A stretch of DNA of 41,284 bases from a virus. The position numbers and the translations under genes were made by a program. Shown piece after piece: positions 7,789 through 17,311 of this stretch. Numbering within the stretch: position 1 is the stretch's first letter; each line of letters opens with the position of its first letter. The notes under the pieces were generated by a model that saw only the letters and a list, made by a program, of their open reading frames with translations, was not told the origin of the DNA and did not search any database. The stretch spans positions 1-41,284 of IMG/VR virus record IMGVR_UViG_3300031539_000107; one strand, written 5' to 3'.

Positions 7789-9221
7789 CCTACCTCCCCC
7801 TCACCTTCCCCCCGGGGATGGTCCGCCCGGGTACGGTCTACGACGCCCGGGGCCGCTGGTACGACGGGTCCTGCGTCCGCTGGCACGACGGCGTCCTCCA
7901 GCCGATCGGCGGCTGGGCGGGGCTCACGGGTGTCCTCGCCGCCCAGACGGGCGGGGCGATCATGCGGGGGATGCACGGGTGGAGGAAGAACGACGGGTCG
8001 GCCCTGGTCGCGTTCGGGTCCGCCGCCAAGCTCTTCCGCTGGGACGGATCGTCCCTCGTGGACGTCACGCCCTCGACCAGCTTCACCGCTGGCGCAGCCG
8101 ACGCCTCCGGTACCTACTACTCCCGGACGGAGGCGACCACCTGGGCCCTGGACAACTTCGGGGAGGACCTGATCGCGGTCTCCACCGCCGACCAGGAGCT
8201 TCGTGTCCAGGACACCTCCGGCGCCGCCGCCGCGACGACTGCTCCGGGCTCCCCAGCCTGCATCTCTGCCGTCGTGACCCCTGAGCGTTTCGTGGTCGCC
8301 CTCGGCGCTGGCGGCGACCGCCGGAAGATCCAGTGGCCCGACCAGGAGAGCGTGTCCGCCTGGACCCCGACCGCCACCAACCAGGCGGGCGACCTCCTGC
8401 TTCCTGGCACGGGCCAGATCATGAACGGCAAGCGGGGCAAGGGCGAGACCCTGATCTGGACCGACTCGGAGCTGTTCGCGCTGCGCTACATCGGTGGCTC
8501 GCTCGTGTACGGCCTCACGGAGCTGGGCCGTAATTGTGGTGTCATCTCCCGGCACGGGATGGTGGTCGTCGACGGGCGTGCGTTCTGGATGGGCCCCCGC
8601 GGGTTCTTCAAGTACGACGGGTTCGTGGCCCCCCTCGACTGCCCCGTCGCGGACTACGTCTTCAACCGCATCATACGCGCCCAGGCGTCCAAGATCTACG
8701 CCGACGTCCGCACCGACTTCAACGAGATCTGGTGGTACTACCCGGGGACGGGAACCGAGAACTCGTCCGTCGTCGTCTACAACTACAAGGACGACTGGTG
8801 GTCGGTGATGGACCTGGTCCGCACCGCCGGCATCGACCGTGGCTTCTTCGAGTACCCGATCGCGTTCGACGCCCTGGGCAATGCGTACGAGCACGAGAAG
8901 GCGACCACGTACCAGGACGTGGGTGGGGCCGCGATCACGCCATGGGTGGAATCTGGTCCGTTCGAGCTGGGCGACGGCGACACGCTGATGATGATCCGGT
9001 ACATCATCCCGGACGAGGAGACCCTGGGCGAGTCCCGGGTCTACCTCAAGCACCGGCTGTACCCGACGTCCACGGAGACCACTAGCTCCGCGTTCACGCT
9101 CACCAACCCAACCCCCATCCGGATCACCGCTCGCCAGGTCCGCCTGAAGGTGGAGCAGGTCACCGCAGGCTGGAGGTGGGGCACGCCGCGGGTTGAGATC
9201 ACTCCCAGGGGGCGTCGTTGA
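7785..9221 (+). CDS. Tail protein (possible nozzle or tail tubular B analogue)
   Basis: GTGA overlap with the upstream gene. The N-terminus LTFPPGMVRPGTVYDARGRWYDGSCVRWHDGVLQPIGGW resembles podovirus tail tube/nozzle proteins. 478 aa, beta-rich. Confidence 0.55.
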   Translation: MTYLPLTFPPGMVRPGTVYDARGRWYDGSCVRWHDGVLQPIGGWAGLTGVLAAQTGGAIMRGMHGWRKNDGSALVAFGSAAKLFRWDGSSLVDVTPSTSFTAGAADASGTYYSRTEATTWALDNFGEDLIAVSTADQELRVQDTSGAAAATTAPGSPACISAVVTPERFVVALGAGGDRRKIQWPDQESVSAWTPTATNQAGDLLLPGTGQIMNGKRGKGETLIWTDSELFALRYIGGSLVYGLTELGRNCGVISRHGMVVVDGRAFWMGPRGFFKYDGFVAPLDCPVADYVFNRIIRAQASKIYADVRTDFNEIWWYYPGTGTENSSVVVYNYKDDWWSVMDLVRTAGIDRGFFEYPIAFDALGNAYEHEKATTYQDVGGAAITPWVESGPFELGDGDTLMMIRYIIPDEETLGESRVYLKHRLYPTSTETTSSAFTLTNPTPIRITARQVRLKVEQVTAGWRWGTPRVEITPRGRR

Positions 9222-12200
9222 CCAAGCAGTTCGCGAACCCGAACCTCGGCAACCCCCCGGTCGCGTACAGCCGGGAGAATGAGGCGCAGTTCCGTGCGGA
9301 GCTGATGAGGATCATCGCGGGCATGGGCCAGCGTATCGACGGGTACGCGACCGGGCTCGCGGCGATGAGTCTGGACGACGACGGGTACATCGTGCTCGCG
9401 GTCTCCTCTTCCGACGCGGACACGTACGCCGCGTACTACACGCTGAACAACACTGGGTTCGAGGAGCCGGATGCGGAGGACACGGAGATCCTGGCGTCCG
9501 CGATGCCCTACAGCGATACGACCGCGATCCAGCTCGCGACGGGTGAGGTCGGCTACCTCTGGCTGAAGTTCTATTCTTCCGAGACGGGCTTCGGGCAGGA
9601 AGTCAAGCTCACGATCATGAACGTCGTCTCCGCGCCCAAGGTGCTGTCGGCGTCTATGTGGGTCACGACGGATGTATCCGCGAAGACGTGTGCCGTCTAC
9701 GCGAAAGTGGTCGCTCCTGACGTCGGTTTCTTCCCGGCGTCGGCGAACGTCCGCGTGGGGAGCCCACTGAACGAGACGCTGATGGTGACCGCTCACTCGT
9801 TCACCGCGACGAACGAGAAGATCGGGCCGACGGGCGCTGGCGTCGGGTACACGGAGTACGCGGGGCTGGCCGCCATCGCCCTGCCCGAGGTCGGTGCCCT
9901 CCACTTCTACATGGACGTCACCGATGCGTACGGCAACCTTCAGTGGTTCCGGACGTCTGCTGACCTCGATTCCGCTCCGGACGCGGTGGTAACTGTTGTC
10001 GACTACCAGGCGCAGCCGAAGCTGATCATCGACTACGACGACGACGTGGCCGAGATCACGGTCGCCTGCCCTGACAGCAAGTACAAGAGCTGGACCGGGC
10101 TCTCTGGTGGCGGCTCCGTGACGTACCAGGTCGGGGTCACCGCTCGCGATTCCGATCCTGCCGAAGCGGACATGGAGATCGGGGAGACCAGGGGCACTGG
10201 CGGCGTGAGCGACGACTTTTACGTCGTCACCGTCTTCGGGGCCGCCAGCGCGACAGGTATCTACAAGGTCGTCTACCGCGGCGCCCTCCACGGTGGCACG
10301 GGCTACGAGGGGATCGACCCCGCGATCGTGATCCAGTCAGAGGGCGAGGTAGCCTTCACGGGGCTCGATATCCCCGTCACAGAGGACGCGTACTGCTCCG
10401 CGGGAATGTGGTACGCGTCTACCGACACCTGGGCCAACATGCACGGGTCCACCGGGGAGACCTACGAGTTCTCACGGGTGTCCGGGGTCCTGATGGTCAG
10501 CGTCTACGCTCACGCATCAACTTCTGGTAACTGGAGGGGCATCCAGCGTTCGATTGTGACGGTCCCAATGGATAACATCCCGACGGGTACAGTCCTCTCT
10601 GCCGGGACCTCCCTCTGGCTCCGGGTCTCCTCCGTCGCGGAGACGTTTACGGCGGGGACAGACATGAGCATCATGCTCTGTGGCGCGACGCCGGCGGACC
10701 CGGACCTCTTGGTGTACGGGGACTACAACGACCTGGAGTTCGGTGTTGGGTACCAGTACCTCGACACTCCGATCGTGCTGGATGACCTCGCTACAGGGGA
10801 CTGGGTGGAGTTCGTGCTGAACGGGGACGCTCTCGACGACCTCCAGATCGCAGTTGACGCGCACACGCCCTTCAGCTTTGGACTCGCGATCACGGCGGAC
10901 TTCGCGAATACGGAGCCAGCCTGGGAGGCGGGGGCCTATTCCAAGGTGGAGTTCTACTCCTCGAACCATGCGACTGCCGCGTACCATCCGTACCTGGAGG
11001 TCGCGGGCGACCTGGCTGCGGCGGAGATGGTACTCCTCCTGACAGACCCGGACCTCCGCGCGGTGGAAATCGAGACGCGCACCAAGCTGGGGCTGGGGTT
11101 GTGGAGCGCGTGGACAAATTACGTCGACGACACCCCGGACCTCGGGCAGGCTCTCCCGTACGCCGCCTCCTGGACGTACGACAACTCCGCCGGCCTGACG
11201 TCGCTCGCGGTCACGGCGAAGAACGAGATCACCCAGGTCGGGACGACGTCGCTCGTTGGTCGGGTATACCCAAACGACCGGATCACGCTCGCGAACATGA
11301 GCACCGCGGGCAACAACGGGCTCGACCTGCTCATCCTGTCCGTGACGGCGAACACGATCACAGTCTTCGGCTCCCCGCTCACGGTGCAGGCCGCGGACAC
11401 TGCCTGCACCCTGACCCGTCAGCCTTGGGCGACTACCCGGGTCGTGATGGACAGCAAGCACCTGTCCTGGATCCAGGCCCGGTTGAAGTACCTGAAGGAG
11501 ACATACCCCTACTACACCCTCCCCGTGACCAGCTCCGGGTTCGACATTGGGCGGGTCCCGGACGTCACCGCCGAGATCGAGTTGGGTGAGACCTACGTAG
11601 CCACGGTCAAGAAGGTGACGGCCTCCGTCTCCGTCAGTGGAGACTGGGACACGCGCAGCATAGCCGTACTCTACACGCTGGACGGGACCACACCCGACGA
11701 CTTGGGTGACATCCTCGCCCGGGAGTACCTGGTCGGCCGTACCTTCACCGCTGAGGATGTCGCCAACTTCTACGAGGACATGCCCGCCATAGTTGAGGAG
11801 GGGCAGACGGTCACCTTCGTGGTGGTCGCCTTCGGGGAGGTGGACGGTACCGGCTACATGTCCGCCATCCGGGTCCTCAAGTGGAAGCGCGACTACACTG
11901 CTGGGTCAGAGCTGATCACGGACGCGACCCTGATCGCGGTCATCTCTGACTCACCCGCGAAGGACACGTACACAATTGGGTGGACTCCCGCAGCCTCCGT
12001 CACGGACGCGTTCCAGATCTACGTCGAGGTCTACAAGAGGATGATCTCAGGGAACGTCGTCCTCGTGCAGACGGGTGTCGAGAATTCCCCAGACACGTAC
12101 GTGTCGATGGTGATCGAGGACACGGAAGCGTGGGAGGGAACCGCGTACCCGACAACCTGCCGCGCGGACATCTACTTGTACAATGGGTCTTCCGTACTGG

Positions 12201-12235
12201 TCGACTCCGTCACGATCTACGCAGACCTCGCGTAG
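9218..12235 (+). CDS. Large tail fibre or spike-like structural protein (1005 aa)
   Basis: TTG start overlaps the upstream TGA (TTGA). It is the longest ORF, beta-rich and T/S/G/V-rich, and ends in a double TAG TAG. Confidence 0.65.
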   Translation: MTKQFANPNLGNPPVAYSRENEAQFRAELMRIIAGMGQRIDGYATGLAAMSLDDDGYIVLAVSSSDADTYAAYYTLNNTGFEEPDAEDTEILASAMPYSDTTAIQLATGEVGYLWLKFYSSETGFGQEVKLTIMNVVSAPKVLSASMWVTTDVSAKTCAVYAKVVAPDVGFFPASANVRVGSPLNETLMVTAHSFTATNEKIGPTGAGVGYTEYAGLAAIALPEVGALHFYMDVTDAYGNLQWFRTSADLDSAPDAVVTVVDYQAQPKLIIDYDDDVAEITVACPDSKYKSWTGLSGGGSVTYQVGVTARDSDPAEADMEIGETRGTGGVSDDFYVVTVFGAASATGIYKVVYRGALHGGTGYEGIDPAIVIQSEGEVAFTGLDIPVTEDAYCSAGMWYASTDTWANMHGSTGETYEFSRVSGVLMVSVYAHASTSGNWRGIQRSIVTVPMDNIPTGTVLSAGTSLWLRVSSVAETFTAGTDMSIMLCGATPADPDLLVYGDYNDLEFGVGYQYLDTPIVLDDLATGDWVEFVLNGDALDDLQIAVDAHTPFSFGLAITADFANTEPAWEAGAYSKVEFYSSNHATAAYHPYLEVAGDLAAAEMVLLLTDPDLRAVEIETRTKLGLGLWSAWTNYVDDTPDLGQALPYAASWTYDNSAGLTSLAVTAKNEITQVGTTSLVGRVYPNDRITLANMSTAGNNGLDLLILSVTANTITVFGSPLTVQAADTACTLTRQPWATTRVVMDSKHLSWIQARLKYLKETYPYYTLPVTSSGFDIGRVPDVTAEIELGETYVATVKKVTASVSVSGDWDTRSIAVLYTLDGTTPDDLGDILAREYLVGRTFTAEDVANFYEDMPAIVEEGQTVTFVVVAFGEVDGTGYMSAIRVLKWKRDYTAGSELITDATLIAVISDSPAKDTYTIGWTPAASVTDAFQIYVEVYKRMISGNVVLVQTGVENSPDTYVSMVIEDTEAWEGTAYPTTCRADIYLYNGSSVLVDSVTIYADLA

Positions 12236-12316
12236 TAGCCTGGCTGGCAATACCAACCCCCAGCCGCCTCCGTTATGGTGGGTCTGGGGCTCACGAACAC
12301 CGGGGAGGGGACGAAG

Positions 12317-13021
12317 ATGCTGCCGATGCTACTCGGTGGGGCGATGAGCCTGGGGAAGGCGCTCCTGAAGCCGAAGACCCAGACGTCGACGTACGGCGTG
12401 GACCCGAAGTCCCAGCAGTACATCGACTCCATGCGCCAGCAGGGGCAGCAGGGTGCGAACAGCATCCTGAACCAGCAGGGGTCGTTCTTCACCGGCCCCG
12501 AGACGATGTCCGTCGGCGACCAGGCTGCTCAGTTCATGAACCCGTACCAGCAGCAGGTCATCGACGCCAACAACCAGCAGTTCGACCAGCTCCGGGCGGG
12601 GGCGGCGACTGGAGCCAACCAGGAGGCGATGCAGGCGGGCGCCTTCGGTGGCTCCCGGCACGGCGTGATGGCCGGGATCAGGATGGGCCAGCTCGACCAG
12701 ACCCAGATGCAGCAGAACGCCAACCTGCTCAACTCTGGGTACCAGAACGCGATGCAGAGGGGGGTCGGGTACCAGAACCAGCAGCGCCAGCTCCAGCAGC
12801 AGCAGATGGTGGAGCCCATATGGCGCCAGCAGCAGGCGATGCAGCTGATGAACCTCGGGATGGGCCCCACCGGGCAGCAGGTTACCACCCCCGGCGGGTC
12901 CGCCATGGGCGGGGCCGCCGGCGGCGCGCTCGCCGGTTGGGGCGCCACCATGAACCCCAAGACGGGGCAGGGTAACCCCTGGGGCGCGATCCTCGGTGGC
13001 CTTGGAGGCCTGTTCAGCTGA
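12317..13021 (+). CDS. Q/G-rich internal virion (ejection) protein
   Basis: ATG 12317 follows the strong RBS GGGGAGGGG; the track start 12275 lacks one. Glycine-zipper-like ends (MLLGGAMSLG..., ...GAILGGLGGLFS) and a Q/N-rich middle. Confidence 0.6.
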   Translation: MLPMLLGGAMSLGKALLKPKTQTSTYGVDPKSQQYIDSMRQQGQQGANSILNQQGSFFTGPETMSVGDQAAQFMNPYQQQVIDANNQQFDQLRAGAATGANQEAMQAGAFGGSRHGVMAGIRMGQLDQTQMQQNANLLNSGYQNAMQRGVGYQNQQRQLQQQQMVEPIWRQQQAMQLMNLGMGPTGQQVTTPGGSAMGGAAGGALAGWGATMNPKTGQGNPWGAILGGLGGLFS

Positions 13022-14334
13022 TGGCTACCTTCCCCTTCCCGGACCCCCGGCGCCGGCGCTCCCTCCTGGAGCAGCTGATGCCACAGGTGAATCCCGCCCT
13101 CCTCGAGGGCTACTCTGGACCCCAGGGTCTCATGGATCCCACGCCTCCGGCTACGACCGGGACCACGCCGCTACAGGCGGCCCCGCGTGGTGGATTCCGT
13201 GGGGCCCTGGACTCTCTCACCTCCGGACAGGACGACCCCCGTCTGTCGCCGGAGCAGAACGCGATCGCCCGGAAGCAGGCGACGATCCAAGCGGGGCTGG
13301 CGATGATGGCCGCCGCCGGCCAGCCTGGCGCCACAGCTGGCAGCTCGATCGCGCAGGGCCTGATGCAGGGCCAGGGCGTGGGCGGGGACGCACGCGCCCA
13401 GGCGTACGGGATGACCCAGCAGGAGCGGCTGACGCAGGCGCTGCAGGACCCCACGATCACGTCCAAGCTGTCCCCCCAGCAGCTGGCGATGATCCGCATG
13501 ATGCCCCCGGAGCAGGCGGCCAAGGTGCTTTCCGAGCTGGCCTTCGCCACCCCCCAGGAGTCCAAGGTCCTCGGGCCGAACGCCGTCCTCGTCGGGCCGA
13601 ACGGGGAGCAGATCGCGAGCAACCTCCAGGAGCCGGAGCCCGACCCGCTCCCCCCGGACCTCCGTGCGCTGCTGTGGTCGAGGGGTGTGGACCCGGACAA
13701 GATCCCGGTCACCGATCGTGCTGGGCTCATGGAGCAGTACGGGGAGCTGAAGCGCGCCGGGGGGACCTCGGTCACCCTGAACACGGGCGCCCAGATGCAG
13801 CGTGGGCTGACGGAGCAGGCCCTGGGCGCGTACAACCAAATCTCTGACGACGCGATCACCGCGGAGCGTAGGATGGACACGCTCCAGCTCATGGACTCCC
13901 TGCTTGCGGGCGGGATGCCTACGGGCGGGCTGGAGGAGATGACGGCCCCACTCCGCAACCTGGCCGCGTCCATGGGGATGGCGGACGCAGACAAGCTCGG
14001 GCGCCAGCAGCTCTTCTCCGGGATCGCGAACGGGCTCGCGCTGGAGATGAAGGAGGGGATGACGGGTCCCATGTCGGACCGCGACATCAAGTTCCTCCAG
14101 AAGCAGGTCCCCGCTCTCGGGAACACGGTCGAGGGCAACCGGCTGCTGGTGGAGGTCATGCGCCGCTTCGCCCGCAGGAAGATTGAGATCGCGAACCTCG
14201 CCGACCAGTACATGGAAGACAACGGGTCCCTCTCCGGCTGGAATGGGTTCCGCCGGAAGTGGGTCGTGGCGAACCCCCTCACCTTCTCGGACCTGGCAGT
14301 CGTGGGTACCGTGGAGGGCATCACCGGGAGGTAG
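13021..14334 (+). CDS. Internal virion (ejection) protein, 437 aa
   Basis: TGATG 1-nt overlap with the upstream gene. Low-complexity Q/A/G/M-rich N-terminal half. Position matches podovirus ejection proteins. Confidence 0.6.
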   Translation: MATFPFPDPRRRRSLLEQLMPQVNPALLEGYSGPQGLMDPTPPATTGTTPLQAAPRGGFRGALDSLTSGQDDPRLSPEQNAIARKQATIQAGLAMMAAAGQPGATAGSSIAQGLMQGQGVGGDARAQAYGMTQQERLTQALQDPTITSKLSPQQLAMIRMMPPEQAAKVLSELAFATPQESKVLGPNAVLVGPNGEQIASNLQEPEPDPLPPDLRALLWSRGVDPDKIPVTDRAGLMEQYGELKRAGGTSVTLNTGAQMQRGLTEQALGAYNQISDDAITAERRMDTLQLMDSLLAGGMPTGGLEEMTAPLRNLAASMGMADADKLGRQQLFSGIANGLALEMKEGMTGPMSDRDIKFLQKQVPALGNTVEGNRLLVEVMRRFARRKIEIANLADQYMEDNGSLSGWNGFRRKWVVANPLTFSDLAVVGTVEGITGR

Positions 14335-14335
14335 T

Positions 14336-16219
14336 GTGGACTGGGATCCGAGGAAGCTGTACGAGCAGGCCCTGGCCGCGCTCGACGCGGGAGAGAGCCC
14401 GCGCAGGGTAGACGCACAGATCGAGAAGGTCACGGGCGGCCAGTTCAAGGCCTTCCGTGACCTCTCCGCGTCCGTGGGTGGTGCAGAGGCGTCCGTGACG
14501 CCGGCGGCGGCGCAGCAGCGGCTGTCCGCCGGAGGGGGGAACGCTGTCACCGACTTCATCCGGATGATGGGCCAGGGCTTGTCCATGAACTTCGCGGACG
14601 AGGTCCTGGGTGACAGGCAGCGGGTGGAAGACCTCCGGACGCTGGCGCCCAGGGCGTCCCTGGCGTCCGAGATCGCGGGGGCGGCTGCTCTGCCTGCCGC
14701 GGGCGCGACCGGGCTGACTAAGCTCGCGACGCCCGTCATGGGCGCCACCGCCGCCGGGATCACGTCGGGCGGCCTGATGGGTGGGGCCGGGGCGGGGGTG
14801 TACGGGATGGGTGACGCTGAGGGCGGCGTCATGGATCGGTCGATGGCTGCGAAGAAGGACGCCCTCCTGGGGCTCGCCCTGGGGGGCACGGTCAGCGGGG
14901 CCGTCCGAGGGGGCGGTGCCGCCGTCCGCGCCATCCGCCGGGGGGCGTCAGGCGTCCCCACGGAGGGCGTCGTGGGCCGTGCGCTGCGGGAGGCCGGGAT
15001 CCTGACCGAGGACGTCCCGGGCCAGGTCGCGGCGGTCGGTGAGGGCGCGGTCGTGTCCGACCTGGCACCCGCCAGCCTGGGTCGGGAGGCGAAGGCCGCC
15101 CGCAACTTTGCGCCCGCCCTGGACGCCCCGGGGGGCCCCGTGGAGGCCCTGGCCCGGCGCGCCCAGGACCGGGGGGAGCGGATCGCGGGCGACCTCAGGA
15201 AGGCGTCCCAGATCCCCCTCACCTACTCCAGGTCGCTCGAGGCGGCGGAGGAGGCCCGGAAGGCGGTCTCGAAGGGGATGTACCGTCCCCTGGAGGACGC
15301 CTTCCCAGAGGTCCGGAGTCAGGTCGTCGCGGACGCACTGAAGGACCCCCGGATCCAGTCAATCGTCCGCAGGCGTGCGCCCGAGGCGGCCATCCGTCGT
15401 GGGACCGGCCCCGCCCGGGGGATGGAGTTCCCCCCGGAGCGCGGACCCTCCTTCCAGGAGCTGCAGGACGTCCTGGTGGACCTGAGAGACGACGCGACCT
15501 CCGCCAGGGCGTCCGGGCGGCCCGGTGCCTCCCAGCGCGCCACGGAGGCCCTGGAGCTTCTCCAGGAGGCGATGAAGGACATCCCCGGGTTCCCGGAGGC
15601 GCAGGCGGCCTACTCCGTCGCCCTCCGCCGGATCGACGCCCACGAGCTGGGCAAGAAGATGGTCAACAAGGACCCGGACGAGATCGTGAAGGCCCTCCAG
15701 AAGCTCCCGGAGGAGGCCCGGGAGGGCTTCCGGCTGGGCATGCTGGATGAGATCGAGCTGGCGCTGCGGGAGCGGGTGGGCGGGGGAGCCGAGGCGAACG
15801 CCCTGGTCAACGCAGGGAAGACGATGATCGACCGCCTCCGGGTGGTCGCGAAGAACGACCCCGCGATGTCACAGCTCCTGTCAGACCTCTCCCGGGAGCG
15901 GACGTACCAGATGACCTGGAACGCGATCTCAGGCAACTCGACGACCGCGGGCCAGCTGTCGGACATCCTGGGGCAGCAGGCGGCCATCCCGTCCTCGAAG
16001 CAGCAGCTCCTGAGGAGCATCCTTGTCCGCCTGGTGGGGCTGACCCCGGAAGAGAGGCGGGCGGCGTCGGAGCAGATCGGTAGGGCGCTCCTGGGCGACG
16101 GCAAGGAGGCGGCGGAGATGCTGGCGAACGAGATCGTCTTCCTGAAGGCCGTGAGCACCCGCGCCGCCCGCGCTGGGGCGGCGGCGGGGACCACCGCCGG
16201 CGTGGTGGGCGGGCGATGA
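14336..16219 (+). CDS. Internal virion (ejection) protein, about 627 aa
   Basis: GTG 14336 lies 1 nt after TAG 14332-14334 and is in frame with track ORF 14183..16219. Contains G/A-rich hydrophobic stretches (GATAAGITSGGLMGGAGAGVYGMG). Confidence 0.6.
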   Translation: MDWDPRKLYEQALAALDAGESPRRVDAQIEKVTGGQFKAFRDLSASVGGAEASVTPAAAQQRLSAGGGNAVTDFIRMMGQGLSMNFADEVLGDRQRVEDLRTLAPRASLASEIAGAAALPAAGATGLTKLATPVMGATAAGITSGGLMGGAGAGVYGMGDAEGGVMDRSMAAKKDALLGLALGGTVSGAVRGGGAAVRAIRRGASGVPTEGVVGRALREAGILTEDVPGQVAAVGEGAVVSDLAPASLGREAKAARNFAPALDAPGGPVEALARRAQDRGERIAGDLRKASQIPLTYSRSLEAAEEARKAVSKGMYRPLEDAFPEVRSQVVADALKDPRIQSIVRRRAPEAAIRRGTGPARGMEFPPERGPSFQELQDVLVDLRDDATSARASGRPGASQRATEALELLQEAMKDIPGFPEAQAAYSVALRRIDAHELGKKMVNKDPDEIVKALQKLPEEAREGFRLGMLDEIELALRERVGGGAEANALVNAGKTMIDRLRVVAKNDPAMSQLLSDLSRERTYQMTWNAISGNSTTAGQLSDILGQQAAIPSSKQQLLRSILVRLVGLTPEERRAASEQIGRALLGDGKEAAEMLANEIVFLKAVSTRAARAGAAAGTTAGVVGGR

Positions 16220-16494
16220 ACCCAGAGGATCTGAGGGAGCGGCTGCAGGCGCTCCTGCACGGGAACGCGACGTACGACAAGGTCGCGGGCTGGGTGGTGG
16301 GGGCGTCGAAGGCGATCGTGGGCGGAGCGCAGGCGCTCGCCCGGGACGTCCGGGAGGACCCCAGGGAGGCGTACTGGGACGCCCTGAAGGGGGCCGGGGG
16401 TGGGCTGCTCGCCGCCGGCTTCCGTGGTCCCGAGGCGCTTGGCGCCCCCGGGGGCGGCCCAGGTGGCATCCTGGGGCGCCCAGCGCGTCCCTGA
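16216..16494 (+). CDS. Hypothetical 92-aa protein (3' third doubtful, see findings)
   Basis: ATGA overlap with the upstream gene. Third-position G/C is near-uniform up to about 16398 and then degrades. Confidence 0.5.
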   Translation: MNPEDLRERLQALLHGNATYDKVAGWVVGASKAIVGGAQALARDVREDPREAYWDALKGAGGGLLAAGFRGPEALGAPGGGPGGILGRPARP

Positions 16495-17110
16495 CAGCCC
16501 TGCGGGGCGCGCGGGCGCCCTGGGGGGCGTGCTGGGGGCGGAGATGGCCCCGGGCCCCGGGGACGTCAACGCCCTGGCCGCCGACCTCCCCCGTGACATC
16601 AAGGGGGGCCACCCCTTCCTGGCGACCCTGGACGCGCTGTCTGTGCTGCCCGTCCTGGGGGCCGCCGCCGGGATGACCCGCCGCGCCCTCCAGGGGTTCG
16701 AGACGGGGGCGGACGTCCTGAAGGCGATGGGGAAGACGGCGAAGGAAGGGGACGGGTTCGTCGCGGCCATCGTCCGTGGTGAGGACGGGAAGCTCTACTA
16801 CGGTAGGACGCACGCCGAGGCGGCGCTGAGAGCCGAGGACGCCGGGACCGACATCGGGGGCGACCCCCGCGACGTCGCGATGTTCCTCCGCCCGAACGGC
16901 GACCTCTGGACCCGCCCCGGACGCGACGGGCCGGAGGCGCTCGGGATGGCGGAGCGGGACCCGGCCTTCGGGCGGACCCCGGAGCAGACGCGGGCCAAGC
17001 TCCTGGGCGACGCCAAGCTGAAGGCGCAGGAGATCGCGAACACCCACAACCGGGGCAAGCCCGGGGAGGGTGGCTCCACGATCGACTACCGGACGGGCAA
17101 GGACCTGTAG
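16400..17110 (+). CDS. Hypothetical late protein (start uncertain: GTG 16400, GTG 16529 or ATG 16544)
   Basis: 44 of 48 codons between 16400 and 16543 end in G/C in this frame. Ends at TAG 17108-17110, followed by 32 in-frame coding-like codons. Confidence 0.55.
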   Translation: MGCSPPASVVPRRLAPPGAAQVASWGAQRVPDSPAGRAGALGGVLGAEMAPGPGDVNALAADLPRDIKGGHPFLATLDALSVLPVLGAAAGMTRRALQGFETGADVLKAMGKTAKEGDGFVAAIVRGEDGKLYYGRTHAEAALRAEDAGTDIGGDPRDVAMFLRPNGDLWTRPGRDGPEALGMAERDPAFGRTPEQTRAKLLGDAKLKAQEIANTHNRGKPGEGGSTIDYRTGKDL

Positions 17111-17227
17111 GGGCTGACGAACCTCTGGCGCAACATCGCGGAGGGGAAGGACTTCTTCTCTGCCTGGGGCCGCCCGAAGGACTTTCAGCAGACCGATCTC
17201 TTCCGGTAGGTTCACACCCGCGCCCCA

Positions 17228-17288
17228 GTTCACAAAAACGTGAACACGACAAAGCCTCGGCAGTTAGGCGCAACTGCCGAGGCTTTGT
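17228..17288. terminator. Bidirectional terminator region between the convergent late and early blocks
   Basis: Hairpin 1 is GTTCAC-aaaaac-GTGAAC (17228-17245). Hairpin 2 is ACAAAGCCTCGGCAGTT-aggcgc-AACTGCCGAGGCTTTGT (17249-17288), a 17-bp perfect stem. On the minus strand it is followed by ...GTTTTTG. Confidence 0.75.
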
Positions 17289-17311
17289 GCGGGCATTAAA
17301 CGCCGTAGTTA

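Noticed and set aside
7584-9053. Long antisense or alternate-frame ORFs throughout the track. Examples: 7584..9053 (-), 9041..10291 (-), 13171..15222 (-), 15610..16770 (-), 21137..23092 (+), 26328..27926 (+), 38705..40174 (-).
   Set aside because: They lie opposite or out of frame with ORFs that have clear motifs. Their translations are R/P/G/A-rich low-complexity sequence typical of stop-poor shadow frames in GC-rich DNA. They lack RBS or coupling signals.
16790-16830. Cytidine/adenosine deaminase motif (GRTHAEAAL contains H-A-E).
   Set aside because: No downstream PCxxC zinc-ligand motif and no other deaminase features. The match is a three-residue coincidence.
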